Source: Coxiellaceae bacterium
GTDB lineage: Bacteria; Pseudomonadota; Gammaproteobacteria; JAJRRL01
Assembly: GCA_044359385.1 (NCBI GenBank)
Contig: JBIKMG010000004.1
Location: forward strand, 1 to 53,441
Direction: 5' to 3'
Length of the DNA: 53,441 nucleotides
Below, piece by piece: positions 27,078 through 35,230 of this stretch. How positions within the stretch are numbered: position 1 is the first letter of the stretch; each line of letters opens with the position of its first letter. The translations under genes and the position numbers were made by a program. The notes beneath the pieces are model-generated. The model did no database searches and was not told the origin of the DNA. It was given only the letters and a program-made list of their open reading frames with translations.

Positions 27078-29442
27078 CCAACAAGAAATATTTTCAGTGG
27101 GCGAATTGATGGGGTTATCTGAGCTGATTACACCCTCTATTTTTATGTTAGAAAATGGTTGTATCGGTTCGATTATTCAACTCAGCAGTGAATCCTTAGC
27201 TGTAAAAGGCCTGGAGTCATTGCGTCTGGCACAAGCAGTTTGGCATCAGGTGATTATGAACTTATCGGAAGGAAATGCGTGTATGATCACCGAGTATCGT
27301 CGCCGAATTGAGCAGGGAATCAATCAAGTGTTGACCGATGATTTCTTGTCCGCATTAATCGAACCACAGGTGAGTGGTGAGTACTATCAGCAAGATTTAT
27401 TCTTAACGTTATTGTGCAAGCCAGCCTTTAGTGAAAAGCGAAAGAAGAGAGAAGCTAGGCGGGGCGACGATCGATTAATAACACAATTAGAACAGCTTCA
27501 AAATTTAGTTCTTTCTTTAATGAAACCATTTAAGCCAAGACTATTGACAGAAAAAAAAGAGGAAGATCAAATTGTTTCATTGCTAGACGCCTTATCTGTC
27601 GTAGTTAATGCAGGCTATTCAATATCCCATAAAAAAACAGTCAACGAATTTTCGTTAAATCCCGCGAGATTAGGAGATGTATTATCGGACAAGCAGCTAT
27701 TAATAGGAAAAATAATACATTATCTAGGGATGAATGAAAAAGAAAAAAAGCTAGGGGCTATTGTTTCGATTAAAAAATATCCGCCGGAGAGTTCGTTACA
27801 AGGTAGTTGTCCATTGAGTCGATTAAGTTTTGAGTGGGTCAAGGTTCAATCATTTGAGCCGCTAGCAAAAGATTCGGGTATGCGTCTCATTCGACAGCAA
27901 CGATCTAAACTGAAATCAACATCAGATCAGGCCATTTCACAGTGTGACGCGTTATCTGACTTAGAGGACAAGGTGGCCAGTGAAAGTCTAACCATCGGAT
28001 ATCACCAATATTCAGTCTTGATATTTGCAGATGATGAAAAAAGCTTAGATAAAAATATAACAGATTTACAGGCTTGCTTGATTGAACAAGGATATGGTTG
28101 TGTACGTGAAGCCTTGGGTCTGGAGATGGCATTTTGGGGTATGCAGGCCGGGGGTATTGCCAAAGGAGTTAGGAAATCATTAATCACATCGATTAATTTT
28201 TCGCATTGTAATCCGATTAGAGGATTTTCTACCGGTCATCGAGGGAAAAATCATTTAAACCGCCCGATTTGCTTACTGGAAACACAAGAACAGATGCCTT
28301 ACTACTTTAATTTTCACACGATGGGTTCGCGGTTGAATCCATCATTAGGGCACACGCTAGTATTAGGCGCTAGCAACAGTGGTAAAACGGTATTGTTAAC
28401 GTATTTGGATGCGATGCGCTCTGGTTTGGGAGGGAAGCGTTTCTTTTTTGATAGAGACAAAGGAGCGTATTTGTATTTTAAAGCGATTGGAGGCCAATAC
28501 CTGAGCTTCGATCCTACGATAGAATCAATGCAGCTAAATCCTTTTTCATTAGTAGATACCCCAGAAACACGACGTTTTTTGACAACATGGCTTGAGCAGA
28601 TCGCATTGTCTATGCAAGAAGAGCCGGTTTCGGCGGATGACCGAGCGGTGCTTCGGTCTTGTGTGGATTATGCATATGAAAATTTACAGCCAGAGCAGCG
28701 ATATTTGTCCAACGTATTACGAATGTTGCCCAGAAATTATCAGTATTTAAATAATTTTAGTCCGTGGATAGGTGCTGAAAAAAACGAAGTAGAGGGCGAG
28801 TTCTGTCAGTATTTTGATAATTTAAGAGATACGTTAACGTTTAGTTGTGCTGTTGCATTTGATATGACCTATTTACTCGACCAAGCGCCTGCCTTGCTCA
28901 GAAAGCTGGTGTTGATGTATCTATTTTATAGAATTGAAAAGGTCTGCACAGGCGAGTTAGTAACGATTACGTTAGATGAAGGTTGGCAATATTTTTCCGA
29001 CTCCTATTGGCGTGATAAGATGCGCAGTTGGTTGCCTACATTAAGGAAAATGAATGCACATTTGGTAATTGCGACCCAGTCTCCGAGTAGTATTTATGAA
29101 TCGGGTGTTCAGGATATGGTGTTGGATAATTGCCCGACTCAAATTTATTTCGGTAATGAAAAAGCAAGCGAGCAGGTTTACAGTCATTTTCTTAGGCTTT
29201 CAGAGAGTGAGCTTCAAGTTGTTCGAGCACTGGTTGTGTCTGAACGATGGATGTTGGTCAAGCATGGAAGAGAGTCTGTTGTCGCTAGACTCAGCCTAAA
29301 AAAAATAGCTCGTTTCATTCCTATTTTGTCAGCCAGTGTAAAAAACATCGAGACATTAAAGTCAATGCAGGCGGAGGGAGTTTTGGCGACGGATTTTTTG
29401 GTGGATCAATTGTTAGATAGAATAAGCGTAAGCCATGATTAA
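27064..29442 (+). CDS. virB4: type IV secretion system ATPase VirB4
   Basis: 792 aa. Walker A motif GASNSGKT, Walker B-like VTITLDEGW and ATQSP near the C-terminus. The size and position are canonical. Confidence 0.95.
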   Translation: MRWVNQQEIFSVGELMGLSELITPSIFMLENGCIGSIIQLSSESLAVKGLESLRLAQAVWHQVIMNLSEGNACMITEYRRRIEQGINQVLTDDFLSALIEPQVSGEYYQQDLFLTLLCKPAFSEKRKKREARRGDDRLITQLEQLQNLVLSLMKPFKPRLLTEKKEEDQIVSLLDALSVVVNAGYSISHKKTVNEFSLNPARLGDVLSDKQLLIGKIIHYLGMNEKEKKLGAIVSIKKYPPESSLQGSCPLSRLSFEWVKVQSFEPLAKDSGMRLIRQQRSKLKSTSDQAISQCDALSDLEDKVASESLTIGYHQYSVLIFADDEKSLDKNITDLQACLIEQGYGCVREALGLEMAFWGMQAGGIAKGVRKSLITSINFSHCNPIRGFSTGHRGKNHLNRPICLLETQEQMPYYFNFHTMGSRLNPSLGHTLVLGASNSGKTVLLTYLDAMRSGLGGKRFFFDRDKGAYLYFKAIGGQYLSFDPTIESMQLNPFSLVDTPETRRFLTTWLEQIALSMQEEPVSADDRAVLRSCVDYAYENLQPEQRYLSNVLRMLPRNYQYLNNFSPWIGAEKNEVEGEFCQYFDNLRDTLTFSCAVAFDMTYLLDQAPALLRKLVLMYLFYRIEKVCTGELVTITLDEGWQYFSDSYWRDKMRSWLPTLRKMNAHLVIATQSPSSIYESGVQDMVLDNCPTQIYFGNEKASEQVYSHFLRLSESELQVVRALVVSERWMLVKHGRESVVARLSLKKIARFIPILSASVKNIETLKSMQAEGVLATDFLVDQLLDRISVSHD

Positions 29443-30076
29443 AGTGCGCATGAGTCTATGGTTTATCGGGATAGTATGGGCAAATAGTCAAGCTATAGCG
29501 ATTGTTCCCGTCATTGATGCAAAAGCTATTCTAGGAACACTAAAAAACACCCAGGTGATCGAGGAAATGAAAAACATATCGCATGGTGATATGGAGAAAT
29601 TACGCGGTGAATTTGATTCGATCAATCCCTTGGGCTTTAAAAAAGATAGCTTAAATGAGCGTGTCTGGTCTGAAAACAGCTGGAAGTCCGCGTTATCCGA
29701 TGTGGAAACCAGCAAAAACTTTAAAAAACAAAATCGAGATATTTATGAATTTTCGAATCAGTCGCCACAACAACCAGAAATTGAGAGCACGCTTCAAACG
29801 AATTCTGTTTTAGAAACAGAGTCTGCTGCTGAATATGATCGGTTGCTTTCGTATACAACAAAAATTAATGAGTTGAGCAATAAGATTCAGACGGCAGCCA
29901 GCGCTAAGTCGGCGCTAGATATTAATAATAAATTATTAGTGGAAATTGCTTATTTAGAGGTGGAAATGATCCATATGCAAGCGATTGGTAATCAGGCAGT
30001 GAGTTGGCGGATGCACCATGATTTGGAATTGGCAGCTAATGCGGACAAATTTTTGGGAGAGGTGGGAGGAAAATAA
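29435..30076 (+). CDS. virB5: VirB5-like minor pilus/adhesin component
   Basis: 213 aa with a signal peptide. The mature N-terminus IVPVIDAKAIL resembles the conserved (I/L)PVTDA start of VirB5/TraC proteins. Predicted helical. It sits in the position after virB4. Confidence 0.6.
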   Translation: MIKVRMSLWFIGIVWANSQAIAIVPVIDAKAILGTLKNTQVIEEMKNISHGDMEKLRGEFDSINPLGFKKDSLNERVWSENSWKSALSDVETSKNFKKQNRDIYEFSNQSPQQPEIESTLQTNSVLETESAAEYDRLLSYTTKINELSNKIQTAASAKSALDINNKLLVEIAYLEVEMIHMQAIGNQAVSWRMHHDLELAANADKFLGEVGGK

Positions 30077-30213
30077 TGAGTTTATTGCTTAGATTCGGAT
30101 TCTGTTTTCTAGTTTTTTTTATGGCATCTTGTGCACCTTTAGGCTGTCAGCAGCTAGGTGTTCCTTCTGAGAACATCCGTGCTCAAGTTGAACAATCGTT
30201 TATGGAGGCTTGA
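30076..30213 (+). CDS. small lipoprotein (VirB7-like or Eex-like)
   Basis: Below the ORF-track size cut-off. The ATG at 30076 overlaps the virB5 stop (TAATG). 45 aa: MSLLLRFGFCFLVFFMASCAPLGCQQLGVPSENIRAQVEQSFMEA, with lipobox-like FMASC. Its stop is 3 nt before the virB6 ATG. Confidence 0.55.
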   Translation: MSLLLRFGFCFLVFFMASCAPLGCQQLGVPSENIRAQVEQSFMEA

Positions 30214-30215
30214 GC

Positions 30216-31130
30216 ATGTCTATCGATTATGCCGATTCGATTGCGCAGACGGATCAAACGATTCAAGCCTTGCTTTCAGGGTTTATTGAAAAAACCTATG
30301 ATTTCATTTCAACAACATTTAAAACACCGCTGCTTATTTGTCTATTAATCTACCTGATTTTAGTCGGTTATGGTGTTTTGAGTGGTTGGTTTCAACTGGT
30401 TTGGAAAGATTTTTCTCTGTTACTGATAAAGCTGATTGGCGTCACAGCATTGATGTTGAACTGGGCTATTTTCCAAGCAGTACTTGTCAATTTTTTTACG
30501 ATGGGTTCGGCTGAGTTGGTTCAAACGCTAACCTCCCATGTTTTTTATCAGTCATCGATACCGATGCATGGGACGACAGAATCTCTTTCGCAAGGGTTAA
30601 TGGTTGAGGTGGCTAGTGTGGGTCTTTGGGTATGGAAGATGGCGAGTTTTTCAAGCCCGCTCCCGATTCTTCTTGGGCTTGTTCTTTGGATTTGTGGTGT
30701 CGGGGTTATTTTGTATGGATTTGTTCAAGTGATGATTAGTAAAATCATGATTGCCTTGCTGTTAGCCTCTGCGCCTTTTGTATTGGGATTTGCTTTCTTT
30801 GCCACAACATCAAAAGTCACTTGGTCTTGGTTGGAATTGTTGCTTTCAAATTTTATGACACTTTTGTTGGTATCGATTGCATTAAATTTATCTTTTTATT
30901 TGTTACACACGATGTTTGACGAATTGTATCAAACACAGGCGAAAGGAATACAGGTGTTACAACTAATCCCCGTTATTCTGATGAGTGCCTTATCCTTTTT
31001 TATGATCAAGCGGTGTGTGCTAGCAGCGCAACACATGGGCGGTCAGTTGTCGGGCAATCAAGAATCGAGAGGGCTGAATTTTAGTGTAGCATCCACTGCG
31101 ATTAAGGCAGGAGTTAGGTTGGCTAAATGA
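30216..31130 (+). CDS. virB6: type IV secretion system protein VirB6 (TrbL/VirB6 family)
   Basis: About 304 aa polytopic inner-membrane protein in the VirB6 position. The ATG at 30216 was preferred over the TTG at 30210. Confidence 0.8.
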   Translation: MSIDYADSIAQTDQTIQALLSGFIEKTYDFISTTFKTPLLICLLIYLILVGYGVLSGWFQLVWKDFSLLLIKLIGVTALMLNWAIFQAVLVNFFTMGSAELVQTLTSHVFYQSSIPMHGTTESLSQGLMVEVASVGLWVWKMASFSSPLPILLGLVLWICGVGVILYGFVQVMISKIMIALLLASAPFVLGFAFFATTSKVTWSWLELLLSNFMTLLLVSIALNLSFYLLHTMFDELYQTQAKGIQVLQLIPVILMSALSFFMIKRCVLAAQHMGGQLSGNQESRGLNFSVASTAIKAGVRLAK

Positions 31131-31840
31131 TAAAAAATATATTCACGAAGAAATCGAAGACCAGGATAGAGGGTTATTTTTCTTGTTCAGAAACACGGTT
31201 AGAAAAAGAAATGAATGAGTTAACGAATAAGGTAAGAAAATCGTTCTTCCTTTGCTGCCTACTCGGCGTGTCGTTGGTTGTCATGGTCAGTATTCAATTT
31301 TGGCAAACTGTTTTAAAACATCAAGATTTGGTTGTTTTGCATGATTCGGGCAATGGACTGGCCTGGGTGACACAGCAAAGTGGTCATGTTAAGCCAACAG
31401 AAGCTGCAACTCGTTCAAACATTGCCAACTATGTCATGATGAGAGAGTCTTATGCCGCGAGTAGTTTTTCTTATCAATACCGAGCAGTGAATCAACAATC
31501 TAGTTTAAGTGCCGGCTTGTCGTATCGCAAAGAGCAGTCATCACTGAATCCAGAAAGTCGATTGCGACAATTGGGACGCGAGGGTATCAGAAAAATAAAA
31601 ATAGATGACATCATTATATTGCCGTTTAAGCATCGAAATAAATCGACTGATTCAGTCGATCGTCCTTTTGCGGAAGTTCATTTTACCTCAATAGATATGT
31701 CGTCATCGATTAAGGAAGCAAAAATAAAGAATCATACCGCTTTGATTTCTTGGGGATACCAAGGACTTCCTCAAGATCCGGAGGACCGGCTGACCAATTG
31801 GATGGGATTTACTGTGTATTATTATACGGTGGGACAGTAA
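31127..31840 (+). CDS. virB8: type IV secretion system protein VirB8
   Basis: 237 aa bitopic protein. NIANYVMMRESY and the C-terminal NWMGFTVYYY match the VirB8 pattern (the NPxG-motif region). ATGA overlap with virB6. Confidence 0.85.
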   Translation: MIKNIFTKKSKTRIEGYFSCSETRLEKEMNELTNKVRKSFFLCCLLGVSLVVMVSIQFWQTVLKHQDLVVLHDSGNGLAWVTQQSGHVKPTEAATRSNIANYVMMRESYAASSFSYQYRAVNQQSSLSAGLSYRKEQSSLNPESRLRQLGREGIRKIKIDDIIILPFKHRNKSTDSVDRPFAEVHFTSIDMSSSIKEAKIKNHTALISWGYQGLPQDPEDRLTNWMGFTVYYYTVGQ

Positions 31841-31841
31841 A

Positions 31842-32534
31842 ATGAAGTGGAAAATAAAGTCAGGTGTCTTAATTATTTCGCTGTTTGCGTTTGGCATGGT
31901 TGAAGCGGAGTCTTCGATTAAGACCATCTATTATCAAAAAGGACAAGTTTATGCGCTTACTTTTTCGCAGCTCTATGTGACATCTATCCATTTTGAGGGA
32001 GCAGAGTCAATCAAGAGTGTTCACTGTGGGGATTCTTCGGCGTGGGAAGTCTTGCAATCTAAGGCCTCAAAAAACTCAATTTTGATTAAACCTAAAACGC
32101 CAAATTCGGATACAGACCTAATCGTAAGGATGAATAATCAATGGGTGTTATTTAAAATAAAATCATCCCATCAAAAGACGGCGACACCACTTATTTTTGT
32201 CCATGTTTTTTTACCTGGCAACAGAAGTCAAGGCAAGAAAAAAAAGGCGTATTACCATCCGTATTGTTTTCAAGGCGATGAGTCGTTGAAGCCTTTGTGG
32301 ATGTACGATGATAATTCGTATACGTATTTTTCATGGCGGCCTAATAATGCGCTTCCCGCCATTTATCGATTGTCGGAGGATTTAAAGCAAAGCTATATAA
32401 CCAACTTTAGAATTCATGATCGGATTTTTTTGCTCCCGAGCATTAGTACGCGGTGGTTGTTAAAACGAGGAAAGCAGCAGGCTGTATTGAGTCGCGTTAG
32501 TCCTCTCCTAGACCAGAGGGGTTGTCATGGTTAA
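31842..32534 (+). CDS. virB9: type IV secretion system protein VirB9
   Basis: 230 aa with a signal peptide (LFAFGMVEA). N-terminal IYALTFSQLYVTSIHF matches the CagX/VirB9 beta-domain style. Located between B8 and B10. Confidence 0.8.
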   Translation: MKWKIKSGVLIISLFAFGMVEAESSIKTIYYQKGQVYALTFSQLYVTSIHFEGAESIKSVHCGDSSAWEVLQSKASKNSILIKPKTPNSDTDLIVRMNNQWVLFKIKSSHQKTATPLIFVHVFLPGNRSQGKKKKAYYHPYCFQGDESLKPLWMYDDNSYTYFSWRPNNALPAIYRLSEDLKQSYITNFRIHDRIFLLPSISTRWLLKRGKQQAVLSRVSPLLDQRGCHG

Positions 32535-33480
32535 GCGGCTTTATTCTGAAAAATTGATTTCGGCTTATTCTTTTCCGGAGAAAAAGAGATCTTTTTTGTA
32601 TTCACTGGCCATTATCGTCATCTTGATTGTTTTGATTGTATATGGGTTTTTTGGAAGTAAAGAGAAGACGAGGCCAAGTGTATCAGGTACCGCTAATTTT
32701 CAGGAGGTTGAGAATGACTTAGCATCAAATTTGGCCTTCCTGAATGAAACGGTTGTCAAGATAGATCAGGAACAGCCACAGCCACTTAAACAAATACAGG
32801 CTATTCACGGATTAAAATCAAAGCAAGAGATTTTAGATCCGAAGCGCTTGAGTGCTAGTGCATTGGTATATTCTGAGCCACAGCGTAACCATGCTTCATC
32901 CGATGTCGATCAAGTCGAGGCCGCTCTGGGTGATCGGCGTTTGGTTGGAGGAGAGGTATTGCATGCGGTTTTAGAGTCAGCCATACAGTCTGATTTTTCG
33001 GGGCCTGTACGAGCCATTTTATCGGAGCCGGTCTATTCTTATAATGCTATGCGGCTTTTGTTACCCGTAGGTACGCGCATTATTGGACAGTATCAAAATG
33101 GAGTATCTGCGACCCAGGTACGTGTTGGTATTCGGTGGGAACGAATGGTGCTTCCGGATGGAAGCAGTGTTGTTTTTGATGCGCCGGGTATGGATCCGAT
33201 GGGTCGCATCGGTATAGAAGCATCGAGCATCCATACACATTTTTGGAAACGCTTTGGTGATGCGGGATTATATTCTGTCTTGTCTTCAGGGACGCAGTTA
33301 TCGGGTGGTGTGGATGAAAGTACGTTAACAGCAGGGCAACTGCTACGATCACAAGTTTCTGAATCATTTGCGAATACAGCGATGTCTGATTTAGAGAAAA
33401 ACAAAAGTATATCACCGACTATTTATTTAGATCCTGGGTCAGAGATTTCTATTTTTGTTCGTAGAGATATTGTTTTTTAA
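32527..33480 (+). CDS. virB10: type IV secretion system protein VirB10
   Basis: 317 aa with an N-terminal TM helix. The C-terminal barrel region (TRIIGQYQNGVSATQVRVGIRWERMVLPDGSSVVFDAPGMDPMGRIGI) is typical TrbI/VirB10. Confidence 0.9.
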   Translation: MVKRLYSEKLISAYSFPEKKRSFLYSLAIIVILIVLIVYGFFGSKEKTRPSVSGTANFQEVENDLASNLAFLNETVVKIDQEQPQPLKQIQAIHGLKSKQEILDPKRLSASALVYSEPQRNHASSDVDQVEAALGDRRLVGGEVLHAVLESAIQSDFSGPVRAILSEPVYSYNAMRLLLPVGTRIIGQYQNGVSATQVRVGIRWERMVLPDGSSVVFDAPGMDPMGRIGIEASSIHTHFWKRFGDAGLYSVLSSGTQLSGGVDESTLTAGQLLRSQVSESFANTAMSDLEKNKSISPTIYLDPGSEISIFVRRDIVF

Positions 33481-33488
33481 GGAATCGC

Positions 33489-34460
33489 ATGGGACATGTC
33501 ACATCTGAGCAACTGCTCACTCCTTTGAGGCCTTGGCTGGATGACCCAGGGGTCACTGAAATTATGATGAATAAGCCGGGAGAGGTATACATTGAGAAGG
33601 GCGGCTGTATTTTTCGCCACACGTTACTCGGCTTTCATGTCTTGCATGTGATGCGTGCTCTTCAGCTGATTGCAAATGAAAATGAAAAAATATTTAATGC
33701 TCAGGCACCTTTGCTTTCGGGAAAGCTGTATGATCAGTCTAGAATTCAGGCAGTGTTGCCACCGATATCTCGATCTGTTTGCTTTTCAATTCGAAAGCAT
33801 AGCGAGCAGAGGCGAACATGGGAGTCGCTGATGACACCGGCTTATTTTTCTCTTTCGCAAGATAGCTCAGTTGAAAAAAGTGATTCATTGCAGTTGTTGT
33901 TAGAGAAAGCAGATTGGCCGTCTTTTCTAAGAGCGGCACTGTTGGCTAAAAAAACGCTATTGATATCGGGTGAGACGGGCTCAGGAAAAACAACGTTATT
34001 AAGTGTGCTTTTATCCGCGATACGTAAAGATGAGCGCGTGATTGTTTTGGAAGATACGCCAGAGCTGCCGATTAGCCGATATAATAGTTTGTCTTTATTG
34101 GCGCGAGACGATGATTTTTTAGCGAAGCCGATTGATCTAGCACAACTGTTGCGCACCTCATTGCGATTGAGGCCTGATCGTTTGGTTTTGGGAGAGCTTC
34201 GCTCACACGAAGCCTATGATTTTATTTCAGCGTGCCAAACAGGGCATGGTGGATCAATGGCCACCATACATGCAGGCTCACCCTGTCGGGCACTGGAACG
34301 ATTGACTCAACTTTTTTTATTGCGTTCTGGGTCCGCATTCCCCTTGACCTTACTCAGAGAGTTGGTTTCGAATGTCATTGATATTGTTATTCAATTGTCC
34401 CGTCGAAGTGGGCGCCCATCGGTGATTGCGATTTATTATCGTGGGGAAGTGTATGACTGA
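33489..34460 (+). CDS. virB11: type IV secretion system ATPase VirB11
   Basis: 323 aa. Walker A motif GETGSGKTT, Walker B-like RLVLGELR and His box GHGGSMATIHA. Confidence 0.95.
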   Translation: MGHVTSEQLLTPLRPWLDDPGVTEIMMNKPGEVYIEKGGCIFRHTLLGFHVLHVMRALQLIANENEKIFNAQAPLLSGKLYDQSRIQAVLPPISRSVCFSIRKHSEQRRTWESLMTPAYFSLSQDSSVEKSDSLQLLLEKADWPSFLRAALLAKKTLLISGETGSGKTTLLSVLLSAIRKDERVIVLEDTPELPISRYNSLSLLARDDDFLAKPIDLAQLLRTSLRLRPDRLVLGELRSHEAYDFISACQTGHGGSMATIHAGSPCRALERLTQLFLLRSGSAFPLTLLRELVSNVIDIVIQLSRRSGRPSVIAIYYRGEVYD

Positions 34461-34548
34461 AAAAAGATTTTTTGACTGGATTGCTGTGGCAGTCGTCTAG
34501 TCTTGAGACTGCTATAATGATCAGTCTGTTCAACGATTGGAGTCTGAA

Positions 34549-35193
34549 ATGAAGAAGTTAGTGCGTTTTTTTGTATCGCTTCTGCTCGCATTTTCCATAG
34601 GCGCTTCGCCGACGGTTTATGCATTAGCCGCAGCCACAATCCAAACCCAAACCCAGAGCGTTACTCCCAAACCAAAGCCAACGTTTATGTTTACTCTTTT
34701 TGGGAAGGCGGGTGTGATTAAGCAGACGGGGAAAAATAGTTATGTGTTATCGATGCAAGCAGCCGATGTAGAAAAGGTGACTGTATTTTCAAATGAGCCT
34801 GGAAAAGCCGAGCAATCGATGTCTCTTCGCTTTCTTCAGGAGATGTGGACCTCGAAAGTCTTCGATAACTTTAAGACTAACCCACCGAATTCAACGTTAT
34901 CTCTGTTAAAACTCAGTCAACCAGCCGTTGTGGTGGTAACAGAAATGGCGACAAGCAATGGCTTGATAAGCTTCAGCCTGAAATCAAATGAACCCCTACC
35001 AACAGGCCTTGTCACTAAGATTTCTCTCGTATTCGATGGAATACAGCTAGGTTTACGCGACAAGGATGATACCTGCATACCAAGCGGAACCCCAGTGGGT
35101 TGTTTTGCCTCTGAATGCTATAATTGTAAATCGATGGATTTTGGATGCAATGTGTGCTGGAATTGGTTTCATTGTCCAACAGCTTGTGCTTAG
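34549..35193 (+). CDS. hypothetical secreted protein with C-terminal 8-Cys module
   Basis: The ATG at 34549 has a GGAG Shine-Dalgarno sequence. Signal peptide MKKLVRFFVSLLLAFSIGASPTVYA. The last 42 aa carry 8 Cys, including CYNC and CNVC. Confidence 0.65.
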   Translation: MKKLVRFFVSLLLAFSIGASPTVYALAAATIQTQTQSVTPKPKPTFMFTLFGKAGVIKQTGKNSYVLSMQAADVEKVTVFSNEPGKAEQSMSLRFLQEMWTSKVFDNFKTNPPNSTLSLLKLSQPAVVVVTEMATSNGLISFSLKSNEPLPTGLVTKISLVFDGIQLGLRDKDDTCIPSGTPVGCFASECYNCKSMDFGCNVCWNWFHCPTACA

Positions 35194-35230
35194 GGATGAA
35201 AAGCTCCGATCAAAACGATTAAGCGGCTTT

